Of a DNA stretch of 64,000 bases, positions 11,104 to 20,440 are shown piece after piece; position 1 is the stretch's first letter; each line of letters starts with the position of its first letter. Both the position numbers and the translations under genes were made by a program. A model generated the notes under the pieces. It was not told where the DNA came from and did no database searches. It saw only the letters and a list, made by a program, of their open reading frames with translations. Origin of the DNA: Candidatus Zixiibacteriota bacterium (lineage in GTDB: Bacteria; Zixibacteria; MSB-5A5; GN15; JAAZOE01); the NCBI GenBank assembly GCA_043819555.1, contig JBDREQ010000066.1, forward strand, positions 32,001 to 96,000, given 5' to 3'.

Positions 11104-11967
11104 CTAACGAATCACTTTTTTCTCGACCAGCCACACTCCCCAAATTACCAATATCCCTCCAAAAATATGAAAAGGGGTAATCTGTTCATTGAGCACAAAT
11201 GGCGCCACAGCCATCGTTGATAATGGCTCCAGATATATATAAGCGCCTACTTTTGCGGCAGGTTTACGACTGAGCGCTTCGGCCCAAAACCAAAATGCCA
11301 AACCAAGACAAAATACTCCCAAAAAAACTAAGGCTAAGATAATTCTTGGAGGGAGTGACATAAATGGTGTTAATCCGGAGGTAAATAAAACTTTCGGAAC
11401 AATAATTATCGCTGCAATCGTTAAAACGACGTTATTTACTGCCAGAGGCGCGGCTGATGATAATTTCCTTGCTAAAATTGTATATATCGCCCACGTTATA
11501 CAGGATATCAGTATTAGCCAATCACCGTATGATTTTAGGTAATCAAAACTACTTAACTCCCCTTGCGAAATAAGAAGAATCACGCCAAAGGCAGCGATCG
11601 CAATACCCCCAATTTGAATGAAATGTAATTTTTCCTTCAGGAAAATAATAGAAAAGACGGCTATAAATATTGGAATTGTGGCCAAAAGCCAGACCGTATT
11701 AGTCGCTGTGGTAGTCTTCATTCCTTCGACCTGAACCAATAAATGGGCGGCAATAATAATGCCGCATAATGCCAATAGACCCCATTTGCCCCGAACAAAA
11801 CTATATGACAGCTTTCTTTGCATGGAAATAATATACAAAAAGGGCAAAGCCAGAATAAAACGAGCCGCGATTATCTCCGAGGGAGTCAAATAATCAAGGC
11901 ACAGTTTCGTCGCGACAAACGAAACTCCCCATAGCCATACGGCAATTATCAACAAGACAGATATCAT
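11104..11967 (-). CDS. EamA/DMT family transporter
   Basis: About 10 TM helices; WGVSFVATK, P.F.AVFS..FLKEK and YLEPL motifs. Confidence 0.88.
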   Translation of the reverse strand: MISVLLIIAVWLWGVSFVATKLCLDYLTPSEIIAARFILALPFLYIISMQRKLSYSFVRGKWGLLALCGIIIAAHLLVQVEGMKTTTATNTVWLLATIPIFIAVFSIIFLKEKLHFIQIGGIAIAAFGVILLISQGELSSFDYLKSYGDWLILISCITWAIYTILARKLSSAAPLAVNNVVLTIAAIIIVPKVLFTSGLTPFMSLPPRIILALVFLGVFCLGLAFWFWAEALSRKPAAKVGAYIYLEPLSTMAVAPFVLNEQITPFHIFGGILVIWGVWLVEKKVIR

Positions 11968-12061
11968 TCAGCCATACCACCCGAAAATCATATTGTTGTA
12001 ATCTACCAACCTTGAAATAAATAATTTGACTGGGAAGTTTGCAAGGATTATCCTTTTGAAG

Positions 12062-12952
12062 ATGACTCGTTTGAAACAATACTCAATCCTGATAATTGCG
12101 GCAACGGCCGTTAGCTGGGCTGCCATATTTATTAGACTGGCCGAGGCCGACCCGATTGCGACCGCCTTTTACAGAATGGTATTGGCGGTTTTAATTTTGG
12201 CTCCTTTTTTTGCGGTCAGCTCTTTCAAGATGGCTGCGCGTCTAACGAAAAGAAGCATCTTTTTATTGTTATTATCTGGAATCTTTCTTGCCATTCACTT
12301 CGCATCATGGATAGCTTCTTTGAAATATACCTCGATTGCCAACTCAGTTGTCATTGTCAGCACGCATCCATTCCTTATTGCCATCGCCGAAGCTGTCATA
12401 TTGAAAACAAAAATTACCCGCCGGACTATAATTGGAATGATCCTGGCCATCACGGGAATGATTGTTATTTTCGCGTCGAGTTTCAGATTTTCGAACAGTG
12501 GCGGATTGGGTGAATTATTGGCATTTATCGGGGCGGTTTGCGCCGCTGGTTATTTATTTATTGGCCGTACGGTACGGCAGAAAATGAATAACCGTAATTA
12601 TACTTTCCTTGTTTATTTCGCAGCATCAATCATTTTATTCCTTGTCTCTTTGGCCGCAAAATCCCCATTGGTAGGTTTCAGTAGCGAGACGTGGCTATAT
12701 TTTGCGTTGCTGGCGCTTATTCCGCAAGTAATTGGACATTCGCTTTACAATTTCCTTTTAAAACATATGAAAGCCCATCTAGTCGGTCTTGCGATTTTGG
12801 GCGAACCTATCGGCGCTTCAATCTTCGCCATTTTAATTTTCTCCGAATTCCCGCCAACCGAAACTTACATCGGAGGCGGATTAATCTTAATGGGTATCGT
12901 TGTGGCTTTGATTCGATTGAAAAGTGATGATAAGTCTGTTGAAACCGCTTGA
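12062..12952 (+). CDS. EamA/DMT family transporter
   Basis: About 10 TM helices; HFASWIASL.YTSIANS, PQVIGHSLYN and GEPIGAS; ATG at 12062 chosen as start. Confidence 0.88.
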   Translation: MTRLKQYSILIIAATAVSWAAIFIRLAEADPIATAFYRMVLAVLILAPFFAVSSFKMAARLTKRSIFLLLLSGIFLAIHFASWIASLKYTSIANSVVIVSTHPFLIAIAEAVILKTKITRRTIIGMILAITGMIVIFASSFRFSNSGGLGELLAFIGAVCAAGYLFIGRTVRQKMNNRNYTFLVYFAASIILFLVSLAAKSPLVGFSSETWLYFALLALIPQVIGHSLYNFLLKHMKAHLVGLAILGEPIGASIFAILIFSEFPPTETYIGGGLILMGIVVALIRLKSDDKSVETA

Positions 12953-13000
12953 TTTTTCCAGTGTTTTGTATAGATTATAACGCTTGTATGATAAAACTAT

Positions 13001-13073
13001 GGGGCAGTAGCTCAATTGGGAGAGCGGTACGTTCGCAACGTACAGGTCGTCGGTTCGATCCCGGTCTGCTCCA
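13001..13073 (+). tRNA. tRNA-Ala(CGC), CCA not encoded
   Basis: Acceptor GGGGCAG/CTGCTCC with G3:U70; anticodon stem GTACG/CGTAC around loop TTCGCAA; TTCGATC T-loop. Confidence 0.95.
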
Positions 13074-13191
13074 TTTTTTATTTGGGATTAATTGAGCGGA
13101 ATTCGCCCGCTTCAATTATCCGGTTAATTGATTGGCGCAAAATATTTATTGCCGGAATAATGCGCCCCGCGTAAAAAATATATGAAAGCGA

Positions 13192-13333
13192 TTAATTGAT
13201 TTCGGCCAGTCTTGTTTGGGTCCTGTACAATAAGCCAGTACCGAACCCCGTCAGGACCGGAAGGTAGCAGCGGCAGGTATGATGTTTGTGTGATACAGTC
13301 ACGCCTGAATAACGGCTGGCCGTAATCAATTAA
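13192..13333 (+). ncRNA. ffs: Signal recognition particle RNA
   Basis: Domain IV CCGTCAGGACCGGAAGGTAGCAGCGG; closing helix CGGCCAG/CTGGCCG extended by TTAATTGATT/AATCAATTAA; usual position upstream of dnaX. Confidence 0.93.
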
Positions 13334-13365
13334 AGAGATTGAGGGTCTGAGAATCGGATGATCTT

Positions 13366-15069
13366 ATGTCTTATCAGGTTTTAGCGCTAAAATACAGGCC
13401 TCTTGTTTTTGAGGACATCATCGCCCAGGAGCATGTCACCAAAACCCTGGCGCGAGCCGTCGAAACCGGACGAATTGCAAATGGATACTTGCTTACCGGC
13501 CCTCGCGGTACGGGCAAAACGACTACCGCCCGAATTCTGGCAAAAGCATTAAACTGCGTCGAAGGTCCCACTCCTACTCCCTGCAATAAATGTTCTACCT
13601 GCAAAGAAATTACTTCCGGCTCGTCTCTTGACGTGCTGGAAATCGACGCCGCGTCCAATACCGGAGTTGATGATATCAGAACCCTCCGGGAAAATATCAG
13701 GTATCTGCCGACGTCCGGCAAAAAGAGAGTTTTTATAATAGATGAAGTTCATCGCCTGTCCGGTTCGGCCTTTGACGCGCTTTTGAAAACGCTGGAAGAA
13801 CCTCCCGAACATGCTGTATTTATCTTCGCCACCACCGAACCGCACAAAGTCCCGCAGACTATTCTCTCCCGGACTCAGCGGTACGATTTCCATCGAATCA
13901 GCGCGATCGATTTGTCCGCTCATCTGGAAAAGCTGGCCAAATTGGAAAAAGTTAATATTGAAAAAGAGGCAATTTTTTTAATCGCTCGCAAAGGCGAGGG
14001 ATCGGTTCGGGATGCTATCTCACTTTTTGATCAGATGATTTCTCTTTCTGAAGACAAGATAACCGCCGCCGAAACTGCCCGGACACTGGGCATTGTCGAT
14101 CGCCAGCTATTTGTCAAGCTGATTGATATTATCGCGGCCGGAAAAACTGAGCCTGTCTTTGACCTGGTTCAGAAATTGTTTGCTTCCGGAGCAAGTATCA
14201 AAGAATTTGTGAACGATTTTATAAATTACTTAAGGAATCTTCTGGTCCAGAAATCATCTTCAGAACCGGATAAATTCCTCGACGTATCCGAGGCCGAAAA
14301 AAAATCCCTGATTAAGCAATCCGCGTATTTCACCGAAGCCGATATCTTAAGGATGACCCAGATTCTTGCGGAATTATCTTCCGAGCTGAAACGCGGGTAC
14401 GATGAAAGAATCTTCCTGGAAATATGCCTCATTCGTCTGACTCGCATGGAATCGAGTATCTCATTGCAGGAAATTATTGAACGCTTGAATCGTTTGGCCG
14501 CATCGGGAACGCATTCAGATAGTCCCGGAGATACGAATCTTTTTGGAAATTCGGTTTCTCCTCCCACCTCGTCTCAAACGTCAGACAAATCTCAAAAAAA
14601 AACTGAATTAAGCTCTGATAATGATATTCGGGATCCAAATGAGTTAATTGATGACGGCAAACCGCTCAATCTCCCCCGCATTCAAATGAGCTGGAATCGA
14701 TTTCTTGACACCCTTAAAAAACGCAGCAGTATGCTTAATTCGCAATTGGCGATGGGACATATCCAAAACGTAAAGAATAATGAAATCACAATCGCTTTTA
14801 CGCCTACGTACAGCACCAGCAAACAGGTTATTGAAAAGCCTGAATCGAAAAATATTGTCGAAGAAGCTCTTCGCGATTTTTATAAAATAGCGGTGCGAAT
14901 TAAATTTGTAATTGACACTACAATCAAAACGCCGGTTCATACCAAACAGGAGCCGGAAAATCTGTTAATAAACGCCGAAGATTTATTTGCCAAAGACCCC
15001 GATTTGAAGAAAATGGTTGAACGGATTGATGGTGAAATCGTCGGCAGGAGAAAAATCGAAGGCGCTTAA
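13366..15069 (+). CDS. dnaX: DNA polymerase III subunit gamma/tau
   Basis: YQVLALKYRP, GPRGTGKTT, Zn-binding cysteines, IDEVH, LLKTLEEPP. Confidence 0.97.
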   Translation: MSYQVLALKYRPLVFEDIIAQEHVTKTLARAVETGRIANGYLLTGPRGTGKTTTARILAKALNCVEGPTPTPCNKCSTCKEITSGSSLDVLEIDAASNTGVDDIRTLRENIRYLPTSGKKRVFIIDEVHRLSGSAFDALLKTLEEPPEHAVFIFATTEPHKVPQTILSRTQRYDFHRISAIDLSAHLEKLAKLEKVNIEKEAIFLIARKGEGSVRDAISLFDQMISLSEDKITAAETARTLGIVDRQLFVKLIDIIAAGKTEPVFDLVQKLFASGASIKEFVNDFINYLRNLLVQKSSSEPDKFLDVSEAEKKSLIKQSAYFTEADILRMTQILAELSSELKRGYDERIFLEICLIRLTRMESSISLQEIIERLNRLAASGTHSDSPGDTNLFGNSVSPPTSSQTSDKSQKKTELSSDNDIRDPNELIDDGKPLNLPRIQMSWNRFLDTLKKRSSMLNSQLAMGHIQNVKNNEITIAFTPTYSTSKQVIEKPESKNIVEEALRDFYKIAVRIKFVIDTTIKTPVHTKQEPENLLINAEDLFAKDPDLKKMVERIDGEIVGRRKIEGA

Positions 15070-15091
15070 TCTAACAGTTCAGGAGGAATAA

Positions 15092-15415
15092 ATGGCCAAA
15101 GGTATGGGCGACATGATGAAACAGGTCGCAAAAATGCAGCAAAAAATGGAAGAGATGCAAAAAGAACTGGCCGAAAAAACAGTCGAGGGTACTGCCGGAG
15201 GCGGTATGGTCAAGGTTGTCGCGACCGGAGCGCAGGATATTGTATCCATCAAGATTGACAAAGAAGTTGTCAATCCTGAAGATGTTGAAATGCTCGAAGA
15301 TCTTATCCTGAGCGCGGTCAACCAGGCTCGCGAAAAGGCCGCCGAAATGCAGGCGGAAACAATGGGCGCTTTAACCGGCGGGTTGAATATCCCCGGATTA
15401 AACCTCCCCTTCTGA
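15092..15415 (+). CDS. ybaB: YbaB/EbfC nucleoid-associated protein
   Basis: AGGGMVKV and [16 protein letters not shown]; lies between dnaX and recR. Confidence 0.95.
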   Translation: MAKGMGDMMKQVAKMQQKMEEMQKELAEKTVEGTAGGGMVKVVATGAQDIVSIKIDKEVVNPEDVEMLEDLILSAVNQAREKAAEMQAETMGALTGGLNIPGLNLPF

Positions 15416-15416
15416 T

Positions 15417-16013
15417 ATGTACAAATCAGCCGAATCAGTAGGACGATTAGTCTCTCTCTTATCCCGGTTGCCGGGAGTGGGCCGCAAAACAGCCGGACGA
15501 TTGGCTTTCCATATTCTCAAAATGAATATGGAGGAAGCTCGCGATCTGGCCGAAGCCATCGTGACGGTTAAAGAAAAGGTCGGAACCTGCGGAATATGCT
15601 TCAATATATCCGAACATGATCCCTGCGCCATCTGTGCCGATGAAAAACGCGACCGCACGATCATATGTGTTGTGGAAGAAGCCAGCGATATCATCGCCCT
15701 TGAAAAGGCCGAAGAATTCACTCCGTTATATCATGTCCTCGGCGGACGCCTCTCCCCTCTCGACGGAATCGGTCCCGACGATCTCTATCTAAAAGGACTT
15801 CTGTCACGCCTTGATGATACTATCAAAGAGGTCATCATTGCCACTAATCCGGATGTCGAAGGCGAAGCCACGGCGATGTATATCAATAAACTGATTAAGC
15901 CGTTTGGCGTCAAAGTCACACGCATCGCTCGCGGTCTGCCGGTCGGAGGCGATTTGGAATACGCCGACGGCGTGACCATTACCCGCGCTCTCCAGGGCCG
16001 CCAGGAACTGTGA
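15417..16013 (+). CDS. recR: Recombination mediator RecR
   Basis: LPGVGRKTA, C4 zinc finger, YHVLGGRLSPLDGIGP, VEGEATA. Confidence 0.97.
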   Translation: MYKSAESVGRLVSLLSRLPGVGRKTAGRLAFHILKMNMEEARDLAEAIVTVKEKVGTCGICFNISEHDPCAICADEKRDRTIICVVEEASDIIALEKAEEFTPLYHVLGGRLSPLDGIGPDDLYLKGLLSRLDDTIKEVIIATNPDVEGEATAMYINKLIKPFGVKVTRIARGLPVGGDLEYADGVTITRALQGRQEL

Positions 16014-16092
16014 TTTTACATCATAAGGGGGGATTTGTAAATAGTCCATTCAGTTGTAAAAAGTCAGAGACCTTCCGGACAGTTTGCTCTAT

Positions 16093-16322
16093 GCGGGAAC
16101 CCACCGTTCCGCCGCGCGGAACAATGGGCCACCGGTCAAATAATGGCAACATCGAAGGGATACTACCCTACTGCCTTGTCGACCTTTCTAATTGATGTGA
16201 AGTAGCCTAAACAGGGGCACGATTATAACTAATTACAATTATGGCATACTCTGCACTCCGAAAGCGCAAGCCTAGGTGACCTGTCCGGTGGCCCACTGCA
16301 ACTTGTTGCGGTGGGTTCCCGC
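16093..16322. repeat. Inverted pair of REP-like palindromes (REPIN-like)
   Basis: GCGGGAACCCACCG (16093) is the reverse complement of 16309-16322; TGGGCCACCGG (16125) is the reverse complement of 16285-16295. Confidence 0.7.
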
Positions 16323-16614
16323 CTGGAGCCTTATATTAATCTAATAAATACATTTCCGCAGATCAATTAAAAAAATGAAATGCAGCAAAGGACGTCTGCC
16401 GCCCACAGGATAAAGCAATTTTGAAAAATATTGATTATGCCGGGAGATAATCCTTATGGCGTACACAAATTCATAAGATAAAAAATACAGGGAACAAAAA
16501 AACTGCTTCACTTGTTTTATCCCATATCGTATCATTGTAAAAGTCAAAGATGGGCAATAGAGGGATAACTCATAAAATGAAAATCAGAAAATAAACAATA
16601 TCTTTGGAGGAAAA

Positions 16615-17421
16615 ATGGACGCTGTCTGGACTCAGATTAGTAACTGGGGCGCTATTTACGGTCTAAAAATCGTCGGCGCTCTGGCAATTCTATTTATCGG
16701 CCGCATTGTTGTCGGCATGATCACAAAAGGCATGGGCCGTTTGATGATTAAGGGCAAAATGGATGTAACGCTGGTTAAGTTCTTAAAAAGTGTCATTCGC
16801 ATTTCGCTTTTGATGGTTATCATAATTATGGCGCTGGGCAATCTTGGAATCCAAACGACATCATTTATCGCCATCATGGGCGCCGCCGGTTTGGCTATCG
16901 GCCTCGCTTTTCAAAACTCCCTGGCGAATCTCGCGTCGGGAATCTTGATAATAATCTTTCGCCCCTTCAAAAGCGGTGATTTTGTTGAAGCCGGAGGTTC
17001 AACCGGTACCGTCGAGGAAATATCAATATTTACGACAGTATTAAAAACCCCGGATAATAAAAAAGTCATAATTCCAAATGGAGCTATCACAAGCGGTAAA
17101 ATTGTCAATTATTCCGCCAAAGAGATGCGCCGCGTTGATTTGGTATTTGGCATCGGGTATGGCGATGATATTAGGCAGGCCAAATCGATTCTGGAAGAAA
17201 TTGTCAAGGCTGATAACCGGATTCTTGATGATCCGGCCCCTCAGATTGCCGTATCCGAACTGGGTGACAGCTCAGTCAATTTTGTTGTCCGTCCCTGGGT
17301 CAAAACCGCCGACTACTGGGACGTTTATTTTGCTATTACAGAAAAAGTGAAACTTACTTTCGACGAGCGTGGCATTTCAATACCATTTCCTCAACGGGAT
17401 GTCCACTTGCACCACGTATAA
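16615..17421 (+). CDS. mscS: Small-conductance mechanosensitive channel
   Basis: GAAGLAIGLAFQ, RPFKSGD, IPNG, RRVDL and IPFPQRDVH. Confidence 0.93.
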   Translation: MDAVWTQISNWGAIYGLKIVGALAILFIGRIVVGMITKGMGRLMIKGKMDVTLVKFLKSVIRISLLMVIIIMALGNLGIQTTSFIAIMGAAGLAIGLAFQNSLANLASGILIIIFRPFKSGDFVEAGGSTGTVEEISIFTTVLKTPDNKKVIIPNGAITSGKIVNYSAKEMRRVDLVFGIGYGDDIRQAKSILEEIVKADNRILDDPAPQIAVSELGDSSVNFVVRPWVKTADYWDVYFAITEKVKLTFDERGISIPFPQRDVHLHHV

Positions 17422-17441
17422 ACTAGTTAAGGAGGTTTATC

Positions 17442-18341
17442 ATGTCATATCAAAAGCAGATCATTGTTTTAATTTTTTCACTGATATTAACAGCACCCTG
17501 TGCTTTTGCGCAGGATGAAGATCCTGCCAAATGGATAACTTCGATTGTGCTGGATATCACCACCACCCAAACTGCCTATTCCGATTCCTGGAGCGGTGGT
17601 GAATTGGGTTCTCTTAGCTGGGTCGGCAATCTTAATGGCTCAGCCGAAAAACAACTGTCCCCATCGTTTAATTTTAAATCACGGCTCAAACTCTCATTCG
17701 GTCAAACTCTGGCTCAGGATACTAATAAAGTCTGGGCCAAACCGCGCAAGTCAACTGATTTGATAGATTGGGAAAATGTCGGCCGGGTCACAAAAAACTG
17801 GTTTGTCGATCCATATGTTGCCTTTCGATTGGAATCGCAATTCCTCGACGCCTCGTTCGAGCCAAAAAAACGATATTTCACTCCTATCAGACTGACCGAA
17901 TCTGCCGGTGTCGCTCGAAAACTATACGCCGAAGGCGAGAAGAATGAGATTATCAGCCGTCTTGGTTTCGCCTTGAGACAAATTATGAAAAATGTCATTA
18001 TTGATCCGGTGACGTATGCTACTGCTGATTCAACCCTGACTGACGGCGGTATTGAATCGGTTACCGATATCAAATTATCACTTGGCGAAAAACTTCAATA
18101 CACGGGCAAACTCACGCTCTATAAAGCCCTCTTCTTTTCCGGAAAAGACAAAGTCGCCGGAACTGAGTATGAAGATTACTGGAAAGCCGCCGATGTCAAC
18201 TGGGAAAATATATTGACCGCATCAATTACTAAAATCCTTTCTGTTAATTTTTACACTCAGGTCCTCTATGATAAAGAAGTGAGCATAAAGGGTCGTTTTA
18301 AAGAAACTCTGGGAATAGGCTTTGTTTTTAAGATGATGTAA
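17442..18341 (+). CDS. DUF3078-like outer-membrane beta-barrel protein
   Basis: Signal peptide; TQTAYSDSWSGGE N-terminus, KSTDLID, C-terminal FKETLGIGF strand. Confidence 0.7.
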   Translation: MSYQKQIIVLIFSLILTAPCAFAQDEDPAKWITSIVLDITTTQTAYSDSWSGGELGSLSWVGNLNGSAEKQLSPSFNFKSRLKLSFGQTLAQDTNKVWAKPRKSTDLIDWENVGRVTKNWFVDPYVAFRLESQFLDASFEPKKRYFTPIRLTESAGVARKLYAEGEKNEIISRLGFALRQIMKNVIIDPVTYATADSTLTDGGIESVTDIKLSLGEKLQYTGKLTLYKALFFSGKDKVAGTEYEDYWKAADVNWENILTASITKILSVNFYTQVLYDKEVSIKGRFKETLGIGFVFKMM

Positions 18342-18357
18342 GAAAAATTATATGGGC

Positions 18358-18384
18358 AAAAGGCGGGTTTAACTCCCGCCTTTT
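18358..18384. terminator. Bidirectional intrinsic terminator
   Basis: AAAAGGCGGG-tttaact-CCCGCCTTTT. Confidence 0.85.
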
Positions 18385-18391
18385 ATTATTT

Positions 18392-19033
18392 CTAAAACCA
18401 ATAACCGGCCCGAAAGCCAAGAATCCGGCTTTTTTGATCTTCCCCCTGAATTGATTCGATAAGGCTAACTTCATATCTTGCTTCAAAGAAAATCCATCCG
18501 GTTTCGCCGGCTCTTAAATTCAAGCCCCCTCCAATGATGTATCCCAGGTCGGCTCCTTTGGAATTCTCAAGATCAATGTCCAAAGCCAATACTTCGTTCT
18601 CCACGCGTATCTTCGAATCCAGCCTTAATCCAAAAAATCCCCCGCCCTCTAAAAATAATGAAGCCTTATCACCATTTAAAAATGTGAACTTAGTTAAAAT
18701 TGGAACTTCAAGATAAGTAAAAGAGTATGTCAAATCGCGATAACCAACGAAAACATTGAGCGTGTCATAATAGGGATCTCCGGTAATCCTGTATCCTTTG
18801 CCATTAAAGACTAATTCCAATTGATAGGATAAATACTGATTTTGCATGTAATTCATATAACCACCAATACATAGTCCGGTTTTGGGTTTGGTGTCTACCG
18901 CATGTCCGGTTACATTTGCGATATTAAAACCGCCCATAAACCCAAAATTCAAATTATCAGAGGAATATTCCGCATAAGCAAAATTGCCTAAGAGCATAAC
19001 TGACAAAACAATCAGACAGATAACATTTTTCAT
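18392..19033 (-). CDS. Outer-membrane beta-barrel (PorT/porin-family) protein
   Basis: Signal peptide, GFMGGFN, YLEVPIL, FEARY, terminal aromatic residue (GYWF). Confidence 0.75.
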   Translation of the reverse strand: MKNVICLIVLSVMLLGNFAYAEYSSDNLNFGFMGGFNIANVTGHAVDTKPKTGLCIGGYMNYMQNQYLSYQLELVFNGKGYRITGDPYYDTLNVFVGYRDLTYSFTYLEVPILTKFTFLNGDKASLFLEGGGFFGLRLDSKIRVENEVLALDIDLENSKGADLGYIIGGGLNLRAGETGWIFFEARYEVSLIESIQGEDQKSRILGFRAGYWF

Positions 19034-19080
19034 CGTTTTTTCTTTCTACTTCACCGCAGATTAAACAAAATTTGTTATTT

Positions 19081-19455
19081 TTACTTTCCGCTTATAATCG
19101 CAACTGCCGCCGCATAATTGCTTTCATGGGTTATCGAGACTATAATCTCTCTTCCCGACATAACCTTATTTAATCTATCCGGCAAATGGACATATGGCAT
19201 ACCCGAGGCATGATTCAAAATTTCAATATCTTTCAAATATACACCACTGTCAAAAATAACACCCAGCGCCTTAATAACCGCTTCTTTGGCCGCGAATTTA
19301 CCGGCCATAACCGATAGCATTACCCCGGGCCGTTTATGTAAAATCTCGATTTCCTCATCAGAATATAGTCTTTTTAAGAATTTATCGCGAAAGCGATCAT
19401 ATATTTTGCCGATTCGCTGGATTTCCACAATATCAATTCCGGTCGAAATAACCAA
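19081..19455 (-). CDS. acpS: Holo-[acyl-carrier-protein] synthase
   Basis: GIDIVE, FAAKEAVIKAL, SITHE. Confidence 0.93.
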   Translation of the reverse strand: MVISTGIDIVEIQRIGKIYDRFRDKFLKRLYSDEEIEILHKRPGVMLSVMAGKFAAKEAVIKALGVIFDSGVYLKDIEILNHASGMPYVHLPDRLNKVMSGREIIVSITHESNYAAAVAIISGK

Positions 19456-19591
19456 AATTCACCATCTTTCCGGCAAAAATGCCTTTCAAGGTAAAAAATC
19501 AGTATAGCATTTATGGCCGTCAAAATAAAGATAAATAAATATTATCCAAAAAAGTTGTTGCATTAAGTTTTTTGATTCGTAAATTTAATAA

Positions 19592-19768
19592 GGAGAGAGA
19601 TAAATTTGAAAAATCTCTAACACCTCCTTAATGAAGGTTGTCTCTATTTGGTTGCGCGTACGCCGTGACCCGTCTGTCAAGGACGGCAGCGAAAGCAAAA
19701 TACCGGGGTGGCTGTAAAAACCCTTTACCGTGTGGATTGAGGAGTTTTTTCAAAATATGTCTCTCTCT
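19592..19768 (+). ncRNA. Candidate 6S-like rod-shaped RNA
   Basis: 5' GAGAGAGATAAATTTGAAAAATCTC pairs with 3' GAGTTTTTTCAAAATATGTCTCTCTC; about 177 nt; TTGCAT/TAAATT promoter upstream and T-run downstream. Confidence 0.5.
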
Positions 19769-20396
19769 ATTTTTTTAAGCTTAATATGCCTCTGATTTGA
19801 GGGGCGATTTTATCATAAGGCGTTCCGGGTTTTAGCAAAACCAGGAAAAACTCAACTCCGGTCGAAGCCAGAAGTATCCGATTCGGCTCAATCTCATAAA
19901 TCCCCTCCTCACGATTGCGACCATGTCCCGGCAATTCCGCAAAAACGCCAATCATATTGGGCAGTTCCCGCAGGATATGTTTGAACATCTTTTTAAATTC
20001 TTTCGTTATGTTGCGGTCGCCAACCAGCTTTCCTTCACTTGTTATGAGATATACTTTTTCAACAGAAGGCAAATCTCGAATCTGATCTGATCTGATCCTT
20101 TTTTCAGCCTGGCCAAACCGGCTGGCCGGCTGCGACGGCAAACCTTCTTCCCTGAGAATCTTGGATACTTCCAGATGCTGAGCTTTGATAACGTCATCAA
20201 CCTCGTGCATCTCCTCAATCGAAGTAACCTCTTTGGCAACCGCGCGTTCAATCTTATGAAGAACCTGCCCCTTGGAAAAAATTGTTGTCGTTACCCGCGG
20301 GTGTGGCATGCGAGCATATTCCGTCTGAAGTTGGAATTCAGCCCCGCCCCGCTTCACAATCGATGTCCGACCGGACGGAATGTACTGTGATGACAT
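19767..20396 (-). CDS. Hypothetical cytoplasmic protein
   Basis: 209-aa ORF co-oriented 45 bp downstream of nrdJ; no recognisable motif. Confidence 0.7.
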   Translation of the reverse strand: MSSQYIPSGRTSIVKRGGAEFQLQTEYARMPHPRVTTTIFSKGQVLHKIERAVAKEVTSIEEMHEVDDVIKAQHLEVSKILREEGLPSQPASRFGQAEKRIRSDQIRDLPSVEKVYLITSEGKLVGDRNITKEFKKMFKHILRELPNMIGVFAELPGHGRNREEGIYEIEPNRILLASTGVEFFLVLLKPGTPYDKIAPQIRGILSLKK

Positions 20397-20440
20397 AAAA
20401 TACCTACCCGGCAGATATTAGTTTCTGCCAGGCAATATAA

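Noticed and set aside
10974..11220. Short plus-strand ORFs (68 and 75 aa)
   Set aside because: Pro-rich read-through of the hairpins, crossing a terminator and overlapping the DMT gene antisense.
13001..13073. Integrative element at tRNA-Ala
   Set aside because: No integrase and no duplicated tRNA 3' end seen in the window.
19612..19745. Self-cleaving ribozyme (twister or hammerhead) in the rod-shaped RNA
   Set aside because: TAACAC and GAAA fragments occur, but the required catalytic cores (CUGAUGA; twister pseudoknot loop) are absent.
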